64,000 nt of DNA from Deltaproteobacteria bacterium (lineage in GTDB: Bacteria; Desulfobacterota; Dissulfuribacteria; Dissulfuribacterales; UBA5754): NCBI GenBank assembly GCA_036574075.1, contig JAINCN010000021.1, positions 64,652 to 128,651 on the forward strand. Reading direction: 5' to 3'. Under the pieces are notes generated by a model that did no database searches, was not told where the DNA came from, and worked only from the letters and a program-made list of their open reading frames with translations. The translations under genes and the position numbers were made by a program. Numbering within the stretch: position 1 is the stretch's first letter; each line of letters starts with the position of its first letter. Shown in pieces: positions 42,274 through 50,675 of this stretch.

Positions 42274-42287
42274 GAGCGGGTTCGGTG

Positions 42288-44429
42288 TTACGAGGCGAAG
42301 ACCCGCCCCACCTGCCTAACCCCTTCCACACGCCGGATATTAGAAAAGACCCGGTTCAGGTGGGTGGAGTCGTTCACCTCGATCACGAAGTGGAAAATGG
42401 CCACGCCCTCGGGCTTGGTGGTGACATGAGCCTTAATTATATTCGACTCCCCCGCACTGATGGCGTTGGAAACCGCAGCAAGCATCCCCTTTTTGTCCTC
42501 GGCCCATACCCGAATCCTGACCGGATAGCCTCGTGGCTGGACCGGGGCCCAGCTCACGTCGACCTGACGATCGGAATCGAGATTCTTCACGTTCGGACAC
42601 TGTTCACTGTGAACGGTCACCCCTTTTCCGCGCGTAATGTAACCGATGACGTATTCTCCGGGTATGGGGGTGCAGCACCGCGCTAGATGGATCATGATGT
42701 CATCCATGCCCTGGATGAGGATCCCCCGGCCTGTCGGCCTTTCCGCTTCCGCAACGACCTTGGCCTCCGGAAGAGGCGGGACCTCTTCAGCAGGCCCTTC
42801 CTTGACGAATTTGCGGACGATCTGAATCGGAGAGACCTTTCCATAACCCACTGCGATCAGAAGATCCTCCACCGTCTTGAAGGAAAACATCCGGGCGGCA
42901 TCTGCCCCCTTTTCCTTCAAAAACTCGGCGAAGTCGATTTGGTGTTTCCGGAACTCGCGTGAGCAGAGATCCCGTCCGAGGGCGAGACCTTTTTCTCTCT
43001 CCTCCGCATGGATCCACTGGCGGATACGGGCAAGGGCCTTACTCGTCTTGGCGAGCTTGAGCCAGTCCCGGCTCGGTACGTGATGAGGTGACGTCACGAT
43101 CTCCACCACGTCCCCATTCTGGAGCACGTAGTTGAGGGGAACGAGACGTCCGTTGACCTTGGCTCCGGAACAGTGATGGCCGACCTCGGTGTGGACCCCG
43201 TAGGCGAAATCTATGGGTGTGGCCCCCCGGGGAAACTCCTTCACATCTCCCTGGGGGGTAAAGACATAGACCTCGTTTGGAAAGAGATCCATCTTTACAG
43301 ACTCGAGAAACTGCCTCGGGTCTTCTAATTCCTTCTGCCACTCGATGAGTTGATTGAGCCAATCGAACGAATGCTGCCTCTCCTTTGTGACGATCTCCCC
43401 TTCTTTGTAAAGCCAGTGGGCAGCTATACCCTCGCGGGCCACCCTGTCCATCTCCTCGGTGCGGATCTGGACCTCCATCCGCTCCCCGTACGGCCCGATC
43501 ACCGTGGTGTGGAGTGACTGGTACATATTGGCCTTGGGGAGGCTGATGTAGTCCTTGAATCGGCCTGGAACCTGCCTCCAGAGGGAGTGTATGAGTCCGA
43601 GGGCCTCGTAACACTCCTGAGGGGTATGAAGGATGATCCTGAAGGCTATGAGGTCATAGATCTCGTCGATCGTCACATTTCTGAGCCTCATCTTGCGAAA
43701 TATGCTGAAGAGGTGCTTCGGACGGCCAAGGACCCGGCCCGACAGGCCGTATTCGGCCAGTTTCCGCGCGATGATCTCCTTGACCTCCTCTACGTAGGCC
43801 TTCCTTTCACCGAGCCGCTCCTCAACCGCGGCCTTGAGGCTACGGTATTCATCCGGGTAGAGGTGTTCGAAGGCGAAATCCTCGAGCTCGCGCTTGATCC
43901 AGTCGATACCGAGCCGACCCGCAAGTGGTGCGTAGATGTCGAGGGTCTCCCTGGCGATGTCCGCCCGCTTTTGTTCCTTCTGAAATCCGAGGGTCCGCAT
44001 GTTGTGGAGCCGGTCGGCCAGCTTAACAAGAAGGACCCGGATGTCCTTGGACATGGCCAGAATCATCTTGCGGATGTTGTCCGCCTGCTTCTGGATCCGG
44101 CTTTGGACATGGATCTTGGAAAGTTTCGTGACCCCGTCCACGATCCTGGCCACATCAGGGCCGAACAGGTCCTCAATGGTCTCTATGGTCGCGAGGGTAT
44201 CCTCGACGGTGTCATGCAGAAGGCCCGCTGCGATGCTCGCGGTATCGAGCTTGAGCTGGGCAAGGATATGGGCCACGGCAAGCGGGTGGGACAGGTAAGG
44301 CTCTCCGGAGAGCCTCACTTGCCCTGCATGCACCTGGGCGGAATAGACGTAGGCCTTTTCAACGAGGGCGGTATCCGCCGTGGGCGAATAGGAGTGAATC
44401 TGGTCGATGATCTCGTTGATACGTATCAT
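42288..44429 (-). CDS. relA: bifunctional (p)ppGpp synthetase/hydrolase (RelA/SpoT homolog)
   Basis: 713-aa ORF with an HD domain (HPLAVAHIL...LHDTVEDT), synthetase domain (YQSLHTTV), and TGS and ACT C-terminal domains. Confidence 0.93.
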   Translation of the reverse strand: MIRINEIIDQIHSYSPTADTALVEKAYVYSAQVHAGQVRLSGEPYLSHPLAVAHILAQLKLDTASIAAGLLHDTVEDTLATIETIEDLFGPDVARIVDGVTKLSKIHVQSRIQKQADNIRKMILAMSKDIRVLLVKLADRLHNMRTLGFQKEQKRADIARETLDIYAPLAGRLGIDWIKRELEDFAFEHLYPDEYRSLKAAVEERLGERKAYVEEVKEIIARKLAEYGLSGRVLGRPKHLFSIFRKMRLRNVTIDEIYDLIAFRIILHTPQECYEALGLIHSLWRQVPGRFKDYISLPKANMYQSLHTTVIGPYGERMEVQIRTEEMDRVAREGIAAHWLYKEGEIVTKERQHSFDWLNQLIEWQKELEDPRQFLESVKMDLFPNEVYVFTPQGDVKEFPRGATPIDFAYGVHTEVGHHCSGAKVNGRLVPLNYVLQNGDVVEIVTSPHHVPSRDWLKLAKTSKALARIRQWIHAEEREKGLALGRDLCSREFRKHQIDFAEFLKEKGADAARMFSFKTVEDLLIAVGYGKVSPIQIVRKFVKEGPAEEVPPLPEAKVVAEAERPTGRGILIQGMDDIMIHLARCCTPIPGEYVIGYITRGKGVTVHSEQCPNVKNLDSDRQVDVSWAPVQPRGYPVRIRVWAEDKKGMLAAVSNAISAGESNIIKAHVTTKPEGVAIFHFVIEVNDSTHLNRVFSNIRRVEGVRQVGRVFAS

Positions 44430-46132
44430 CGGGCCAAAAGACTGGATACCCTCTCAGGCACCTCAACCATGGGACACATGACCACATCCCCGCTTCTCCG
44501 CTCACGTATCTCCACGATCCCGTCTGCCAGGAGCTTTCCCAAGGTTACCCGGACCGGGACCCCTATGAGGTCAGCGTCCTTGAACTTTACGCCCGGACGC
44601 AGATTCCGGTCGTCCAGGAGGACCTGGAAACCTGCCTGGGTAAGGGCGTGCGAGATCTCTTCTGCTGCCTGAATGTGCGCCGGATCCTCGGCCTTGACAG
44701 GGCAGACGATGACATCGAAAGGGGCGATCGGCCGGGGGAAGATGATGCCGTTTGCGTCGTGGTTCTGCTCGATGGCAGCGGCGAGCGTACGCCCGACCCC
44801 TATGCCGTAACAGCCCATGATGATGGGCCTCTCGGTCCCGTTCTCATCCAGGAACCGGGCCCCCATGGCCTCGCTGTATGCAGTGCCGAGCTTGAAGACG
44901 TGGCCGACCTCGATCCCCCGACGGATCTCGATCCGTCCGCCGCAGCGAGGACAGGGGTCATGGACCGTGATATTCCGGATGTCGGCGGTCTCAGGAACAG
45001 GAAGATCCCGGCCCCAGACGAGCCCGACGATATGATAGTCCTCTTCGCCAGCCCCTGCGACAAATCCATCCATGGAAAGGCAGGCGGGATCTGCTACTAT
45101 ACGCACACCGGAAAGCCCCACTGGACCAACAAAGCCGGGTATGACCCCTGCGGCAAGCCTCACCTCCTCGTCCGAGGCGAGCCGGATCTCCTCGACCCCG
45201 AGAAAACGGCCGAGCTTGATCTCGTTGATCTCGTGATCCCCTCTGACAAGGGCAGCGACCGGCCCCTTTTCCGTTATGAAGATGAGGGTCTTGACGATCC
45301 GGTCGGGCGGGATACCGAGAAACCCGGAAACCTCCTCTATGCTACGCTTGCCTGGGGTCGAGACCTTGCGCGCCTCCTCACGGGATTCAGAGGAAACCCG
45401 AGGCGGCAGGGAGGAAACGACCTGGGCGAGCTCTACATTCGAGGCGTAGGGGCAAGCGGTACAGCAGGCGATGGAATCCTCGCCGGTCTCGGCCATGACC
45501 ATGAACTCGTGGGAGGCATGTCCGCCGATGGTCCCCGTGTCCGCCTCCACGGGTCGGTAATCAAGCCCGCATCTCTCAAAGATCCGGCAATAGGCGTCGT
45601 ACATGGCCCGGTAAGTCAGATCGAGCCCCTCGTCGTCCACGTCAAAGCTGTAGGCGTCCTTCATGAGGAATTCCCGCCCCCGCATGAGCCCGAAACGCGG
45701 CCGGATCTCGTCCCGGAACTTGGTCTGGATCTGGTAGAAGACAAGGGGAAGATCACGGTAGGACCGGACCTCGCGCCGGACGAGATCCGTTATGACCTCC
45801 TCGTGGGTAGGGCCGAGACAGAACGGCCGGTCGTGCCTGTCCGTGAAGCGAAGGAGTTCACGGCCGTATTTCTCCCACCTGCCGCTCTCCTGCCAGAGCT
45901 CCGCAGGCTGGACCATGGGCATGAGGAGCTCTTGCGCCCCGACCGCGTCCATCTCCTCGCGGATGATAGACTCTATCTTTCGAAGGGAGCGGAGCCCGAG
46001 GGGCAGGTACGTATAGAGCCCGGAGGCAAGACGCCTGATCATGCCCGCCCGGAGCATGAGCTGATGGGAAATCACCTCCGCGTCCGCGGGTACCTCCTTG
46101 ACCGTCGGAAGGAAAAAACGGGAATATCTCAT
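44426..46132 (-). CDS. proS: proline--tRNA ligase
   Basis: 568-aa ORF with class II motifs, bacterial-type ProRS with an editing insertion. FLPTVKEVPADAEVISHQLMLRAG N-terminus. Confidence 0.93.
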   Translation of the reverse strand: MRYSRFFLPTVKEVPADAEVISHQLMLRAGMIRRLASGLYTYLPLGLRSLRKIESIIREEMDAVGAQELLMPMVQPAELWQESGRWEKYGRELLRFTDRHDRPFCLGPTHEEVITDLVRREVRSYRDLPLVFYQIQTKFRDEIRPRFGLMRGREFLMKDAYSFDVDDEGLDLTYRAMYDAYCRIFERCGLDYRPVEADTGTIGGHASHEFMVMAETGEDSIACCTACPYASNVELAQVVSSLPPRVSSESREEARKVSTPGKRSIEEVSGFLGIPPDRIVKTLIFITEKGPVAALVRGDHEINEIKLGRFLGVEEIRLASDEEVRLAAGVIPGFVGPVGLSGVRIVADPACLSMDGFVAGAGEEDYHIVGLVWGRDLPVPETADIRNITVHDPCPRCGGRIEIRRGIEVGHVFKLGTAYSEAMGARFLDENGTERPIIMGCYGIGVGRTLAAAIEQNHDANGIIFPRPIAPFDVIVCPVKAEDPAHIQAAEEISHALTQAGFQVLLDDRNLRPGVKFKDADLIGVPVRVTLGKLLADGIVEIRERRSGDVVMCPMVEVPERVSSLLAR

Positions 46133-46147
46133 GGGAAAACGCCTCTC

Positions 46148-47251
46148 CTATTTTGATGGACCAGAAGCCCGACGTTCGCGCAGGACCTCTTCAACCTCAT
46201 GCCAGAAGGCATCAAGGAGATCCTCCTCCTTCACCTTTCGTACGATCCTCTCACCCCGGAAGATGATCCCCACCCCTTTGCCCCCTGCCACACCCACATC
46301 CGCCTCCCGGGCCTCGCCTGGTCCGTTCACGACACAGCCCATGACCGCTATCTTGATGGGTTCGGCAATGGCCCTTGCCCGCTCCTCGACAGAACGCGCA
46401 AGGGAAAAGAGGTCGATCTCGCAGCGGCCGCACGTGGGGCAGGAAATTATTTCCGGGCCACGCTGCCGAATCTTCAGTGCACGCAGGATCTCATAGGCAA
46501 CGGCGACCTCTTCTACAGGGTCCCTGGTGAGGGAGACCCGAAAGGTATCCCCGATCCCCTCCCGAAGGAGCCCGCCGATGGCGATGGCGCTCTTTACCGT
46601 CCCGGGGATGAGACCGCCGGCCTCGGTGACACCGAGGTGGAGGGGGAAATCTGTCCGTTGGGAGAGAAGCCCATAGGCCTCCAGGGTGGTGAGAACATCG
46701 GAGGACTTGATGGAGATCTTGATAGCCTCCCAACCCCTTTCCACGATAAGGCCAACGTTTCGCAGGGCGCTTTCCACAAGGGCCTCGGGGGTTCCCCCCC
46801 CATATTTTGTGCGGATGTCCTTCTCGAGGGACCCGGCGTTGACCCCGACCCGGATAGGCACGCCCCGCTCCTTGGCCGCATCGACGACGCGGGAAAGCCT
46901 TTCCGCCCCTCCGATGTTTCCTGGATTGATGCGGATCCCGTCAGCCCCGGCCTGGATGGAGGCGACTGCAAGACGCCAGTCGAAGTGGATGTCTGCAATC
47001 AAAGGCACAGAAATTGCTTTCTTGATCTCTGAAATCGCTGCAGCAGCAGCACCGTCCAGCACCGCCACCCTGACGATCTCGCATCCGACCTCCTCGAGAC
47101 GCCGGATCTGGGCAACCGTCGCGGAGATGTCCCGAGTGTCCGTGTTGGTCATGGACTGGACGACGACCGGGTTGTCGCCTCCTATGGCGACAGGACCGAC
47201 ATGAATGACACGGGTCTTTTTCCGAAGGGCTGAAAGGCGTGGCGTTGACAT
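46148..47251 (-). CDS. ispG: 4-hydroxy-3-methylbut-2-en-1-yl diphosphate synthase (IspG/GcpE)
   Basis: 367-aa ORF with VVVQSMTNTDT, RINPGNIG and SCPTCGRC...GCVVNGPGE motifs. Confidence 0.93.
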   Translation of the reverse strand: MSTPRLSALRKKTRVIHVGPVAIGGDNPVVVQSMTNTDTRDISATVAQIRRLEEVGCEIVRVAVLDGAAAAAISEIKKAISVPLIADIHFDWRLAVASIQAGADGIRINPGNIGGAERLSRVVDAAKERGVPIRVGVNAGSLEKDIRTKYGGGTPEALVESALRNVGLIVERGWEAIKISIKSSDVLTTLEAYGLLSQRTDFPLHLGVTEAGGLIPGTVKSAIAIGGLLREGIGDTFRVSLTRDPVEEVAVAYEILRALKIRQRGPEIISCPTCGRCEIDLFSLARSVEERARAIAEPIKIAVMGCVVNGPGEAREADVGVAGGKGVGIIFRGERIVRKVKEEDLLDAFWHEVEEVLRERRASGPSK

Positions 47252-47302
47252 GAAAGGGCATGATATATCAAAGCTATATCACAGGCAATGAATGGAATTA
47301 TC

Positions 47303-47477
47303 CCTGAATCCGTTGAGATATGAACTTAACTTGGCAATTTTTCACAATAAGCCGACGTTCGGGGTATTTGTGAAGTGAGGCGCCCATGGACGGGCGCCGT
47401 CGGCAAATCTGCCCCCATGGATGGGGGCTATTTGCCGCACGGAACAAATACCCCGAACGTCGGCTCACGGATTCAGG
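47303..47477 (-). mobile_element. MITE-like structured repeat, full copy 2 (175 bp, inverted relative to copy 1)
   Basis: Terminal inverted repeats CCTGAATCCGTTGA (47303-47316) and TCACGGATTCAGG (47465-47477). Flanked by the direct repeat TTATC (47298-47302 and 47478-47482). A perfect 21-bp long-range stem GCCGACGTTCGGGGTATTTGT/ACAAATACCCCGAACGTCGGC encloses two hairpins. Confidence 0.75.
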
Positions 47478-47502
47478 TTATCACCATAGCGAGGTATCGA
47501 CC

Positions 47503-48078
47503 ATGAAAATCACACCCGAAATCGCCTCCCTGCTCGCAAAAAAGGGCACATCCTCACCTGCCGGCGAGGCCCCCAAAACCTCGGCGCAAAACTTCGTTGC
47601 ATTCTTCGAAAAGGCCCTCGCCAGCGAGGGCCCCTTTCCGTACAAGGGGTGCTCCGAACCCTCCCCACTCCTTGTCCCTCCATCGGAGACAGACGCACCT
47701 CCACAGACCTCCGCCCAGCACCTCGTCCATTTTTTCCGCAACGCCCTCGCGTACGAGTCGGCCTCCCTGGCCCCTGCCCCACCATCCCCTGACCCTGACA
47801 CAGCAGAATCATCCGGGCTCAGCCCGACCCAGACAGCCTCCCTTGCCGTTTTGGATCGAACGCTCTCTCTCCTTGACAGGATAGAGGGTCTCCTGATAGA
47901 CCAAAACAAAACATCATCATCGGATCTCGTGTCCGCCATCCGGGAAGGGGTGGAAGACCTGCGAGAACTGCGAGACCGGCTCGACCCTGCCGACCCCCTC
48001 CGGGAACAGATGGACGCGATCGGGGCCCTTGCCTATACGGAATCGGAAAAGGTAACACGGGGTGACTACGACACCTGA
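47503..48078 (+). CDS. hypothetical protein (Pro/Ser-rich, internal sequence repeat)
   Basis: ATG at 47503 is preceded by GAGG (47491-47494). 191 aa with internal repeat KTSAQNFVAFFEKALASE / QTSAQHLVHFFRNALAYE. No family recognised. Confidence 0.5.
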   Translation: MKITPEIASLLAKKGTSSPAGEAPKTSAQNFVAFFEKALASEGPFPYKGCSEPSPLLVPPSETDAPPQTSAQHLVHFFRNALAYESASLAPAPPSPDPDTAESSGLSPTQTASLAVLDRTLSLLDRIEGLLIDQNKTSSSDLVSAIREGVEDLRELRDRLDPADPLREQMDAIGALAYTESEKVTRGDYDT

Positions 48079-48229
48079 GAAGAAAAGGCGCATACCCGTC
48101 ATCGCCATCACCGGTTTTGGCTATTATGCGGAGGAGCTCGCCCACGAAAAGAAGGCCGACGCCATCCTAAGTAAACCGTTCGATGTCCAGCAGCTAAAAG
48201 AGACCGTCTCGGGTTTCCTCGAAAAATAA
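48062..48229 (+). pseudogene. receiver (REC) domain C-terminal fragment, probable gene remnant
   Basis: A short frame reads ...KKRRIPVIAITGFGYYAEELAHEKKADAILSKPFDVQQLKETVSGFLEK*. This is the beta4-alpha4-beta5-alpha5 part of a response-regulator receiver, including the conserved T and KP. No REC N-terminal half (DD pair, phospho-acceptor Asp) appears upstream in any frame. Confidence 0.5.
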
Positions 48230-48254
48230 CGGCCTTCTCCCGCCCCCCTTTCTC

Positions 48255-48767
48255 GTGGACTGCACGCAGATCTTTACAGGGCTCGCAGCGAGCCTCGTTC
48301 TTTCCCTCCTTGGACTCGTCGGAACCATCCTTCCCGCCCTGCCAGGGACTTCGCTCATACTCGCGGGCATCCTTGCCTACGGCCTCATGGCGGGCTTTTC
48401 CCGCCTCACTCCCGGCTTTCTCGCTGGCGAATTCGTGCTCACCTGCATCACCTTCCTCGTGGACTACATCGCAACGGCCTATGGGACACGGAGGGCCGGA
48501 GGCTCGCGGGCCGCGGTCTGGGGGGCGGTGGCCGGGACCTTTCTCGGCCTTCTGGCCGGTCCTTGGGGGCTCATCCTCGGCCCTCTCCTCGGGGCGGTTG
48601 CCGGCGAGCTCCTCATGGGAAAGGAACTGGCCGATGCCTTCCGCTCCGGGGTGGGGAGCTTTCTCGGTTTCCTTGGAGGGACCGTGGTCAAGCTCTTCAT
48701 TGCAGGCATCATGATCGCCTGGTTCCTCTGGAGGATCGGGCCTGACGTAAACGCCTGCATGCCCTGA
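48255..48767 (+). CDS. DUF456-like membrane protein
   Basis: 170-aa ORF with a GTG start. Four to five TM segments and Gly-rich LGLLAGPWGLILGPLLGAVAGELL, typical of the DUF456 family. Confidence 0.7.
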   Translation: MDCTQIFTGLAASLVLSLLGLVGTILPALPGTSLILAGILAYGLMAGFSRLTPGFLAGEFVLTCITFLVDYIATAYGTRRAGGSRAAVWGAVAGTFLGLLAGPWGLILGPLLGAVAGELLMGKELADAFRSGVGSFLGFLGGTVVKLFIAGIMIAWFLWRIGPDVNACMP

Positions 48768-48780
48768 AACGGCGGAATCC

Positions 48781-49737
48781 ATGCCATCTGACCATATCCC
48801 GGACATATCGGTCGTCATCCCCGTTTATAACGAGGCAGAAAACCTCATCCCCCTCGTCCACGCCGTAAGAGATGCCCTGACGCCAGAGCAGATGTCCTTC
48901 GAGGTCCTCCTTGTGGACGACGGGAGCACGGATGGAAGCGCCGAAATACTAAAGGACCTGGCACGAAAGTTTCCCGAGGTCAGGGCCGTGATCCTTCGCC
49001 GAAACTTCGGGCAGAGCGCGGCAATGACCGCGGGCTTCGACCATGCCAGGGGCAGGATCCTTATCTCCATGGACGGGGACCTACAAAACGACCCGAAGGA
49101 CATCCCGAGGATCGTCTCCCGCCTCAATGAAGGCTACGACCTGGTGAGCGGATGGAGGCGGGACAGAAAGGATCCTTTTCTCTCTCGAAGGCTCCCATCG
49201 ATCCTCGCAAATCGGATCATCGGAATGGCCACCGGGGTGAGGCTCCACGACTATGGATGCTCCCTCAAGGCATACAGGCGTGAGGTGACGGACAACCTCC
49301 TCCTCTACGGGGAACTCCACCGGTTCATCCCGGTGCTCGCCGATCTCTACGGAGTGAAGATAGCGGAGATGGAGGTCACCCACCATCCGCGGACAAAAGG
49401 CAGGAGCAAGTACGGTATCGGCAGGACCTACCGCGTCCTCCTCGACCTCCTCCTCATGCTCTTTTTTCGGCGCTTCGCCACCCGTCCGCTTCAGTTCTTC
49501 GGCCTGAGCGGAGGAGCGCTCTTTCTTGGCGGATTCGCCATCGAGAGCTATCTCGCGTGGGTAAAGCTCTGGCTCGGCGAGGACATCGGCTCGCGCCCGC
49601 TCCTCCTTCTCGGAGCACTTCTCATCATCACGGGCATCATGCTCTTCGGTACCGGACTCATCGCCGAACTCGTGATCCGTACCTACTACGAGGCCACAGG
49701 GAAACGGATCTACTCCGTCCGGGAGATCCTCGAGTGA
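48781..49737 (+). CDS. family 2 glycosyltransferase (polyprenyl-phosphate sugar synthase, ArnC/GtrB/DPM1-like)
   Basis: 318-aa ORF with SVVIPVYNEAENL, LLVDDGSTDGS and MDGDLQNDP (DxD). Two C-terminal TM helices. Confidence 0.88.
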   Translation: MPSDHIPDISVVIPVYNEAENLIPLVHAVRDALTPEQMSFEVLLVDDGSTDGSAEILKDLARKFPEVRAVILRRNFGQSAAMTAGFDHARGRILISMDGDLQNDPKDIPRIVSRLNEGYDLVSGWRRDRKDPFLSRRLPSILANRIIGMATGVRLHDYGCSLKAYRREVTDNLLLYGELHRFIPVLADLYGVKIAEMEVTHHPRTKGRSKYGIGRTYRVLLDLLLMLFFRRFATRPLQFFGLSGGALFLGGFAIESYLAWVKLWLGEDIGSRPLLLLGALLIITGIMLFGTGLIAELVIRTYYEATGKRIYSVREILE

Positions 49738-50675
49738 CCACGACACGTGCAAAATGGGGCCTGCGGGCCCGAATCGTATTGAGTTGCGCCCTCATCGCCT
49801 GGTTCCTTGCGTGGGCAGAGCCTGCGAACGTGATCGGGATCCTGAAGGCCATCCCCATCTGGTGCTGGTGCTCTGCCTTCCTCCTCCATCTTTTCTCCCA
49901 GATCGTAAGTGCGTTCAGGTGGCGCGCCGTCTCCCTCTGCATGGGGATCGACGGAACAGCAAAGACCTTTCTCGGCGTCTATTTCATCGGGATGTTCTTC
50001 AACCTCTTTTTGCCCACAAGCATCGGTGGAGACGTGGTCAAGGCCGTCATGATCGGAAGAGACGAGGGACGCGTGGTCCTGTCGGCCGCAAGCGTACTCG
50101 CAGACCGCCTCCTCGGCATCCTTGCCATGTTTATCCTTGGGGCCATCGCCCTCTGCGCGAGACCCGATCTCCTGGGCGAGCCCTTCCGCACCCTGCTCCT
50201 CTGCACCGGCTCCGCCTCGCTTGCGCTCGTCCTTTTCGCACCGCTTCTTCACTCCTGGCTGCAACCCCGGCTCCCCACCCTTGCAGAGAGGACCTCCAGG
50301 CTCCTTGCCGTCTGGAGGGACCCATGCGGCCTCTTCGAGGCATTCTGCCTCTCCCTTGTGGTCCAACTCACAGGCACAGGCATACTCCCCATTCTGGGAA
50401 AGGGGATCGGAATCGATGTGGCACCACCCGTCTATTACATGGTCTTTCCTTTCATCGCCCTTGCGACCTTTTTTCCCTTCAGCATAAACGGGATCGGCAT
50501 CCGCGAAGGGGGCTTCATCTCTCTCCTCGCCCTGTACCATGTGCCATCAGACGCCGCCCTTACACTGAGTCTCGCCTTTTTCGGCATCCATGTCATGGAA
50601 GGCCTACTCGGAGGGATCGTCTATGCGACCGGATTCCACAAACGCCCGTGCACTGCCCCCACACCATGTCCGTGA
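49734..50675 (+). CDS. flippase-like / lysylphosphatidylglycerol-synthase-TM-region family membrane protein
   Basis: GTG at 49734 overlaps the GT2 stop (GTGA). About 313 aa, polytopic, with the ...FRWRAV...GVYFIGMFFNLFLPTSIGGDVVKA... signature. Confidence 0.7.
   Translation: MTTTRAKWGLRARIVLSCALIAWFLAWAEPANVIGILKAIPIWCWCSAFLLHLFSQIVSAFRWRAVSLCMGIDGTAKTFLGVYFIGMFFNLFLPTSIGGDVVKAVMIGRDEGRVVLSAASVLADRLLGILAMFILGAIALCARPDLLGEPFRTLLLCTGSASLALVLFAPLLHSWLQPRLPTLAERTSRLLAVWRDPCGLFEAFCLSLVVQLTGTGILPILGKGIGIDVAPPVYYMVFPFIALATFFPFSINGIGIREGGFISLLALYHVPSDAALTLSLAFFGIHVMEGLLGGIVYATGFHKRPCTAPTPCP

Noticed and set aside
44648-46156. 502-aa plus-strand ORF (with a similar case at 43587-44672, 361 aa)
   Set aside because: Both run entirely antisense to proS and relA/spoT, which carry unambiguous family motifs. 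The translations are Arg/Pro/Gly-rich with no motifs. Long antisense ORFs are expected at this GC content.
48108-48818. 236-aa minus-strand ORF
   Set aside because: It is antisense to the DUF456 membrane protein gene and its product is highly charged low-complexity sequence. The plus-strand frame gives coherent TM helices.
49754-50665. N-terminal 304 codons of the 809-aa ORF-track entry
   Set aside because: This stretch overlaps the flippase-like gene in another frame and translates to Arg/Pro/His-rich sequence. The recognisable GT39 sequence begins at ATG 50666 (MSVTKDPW...).
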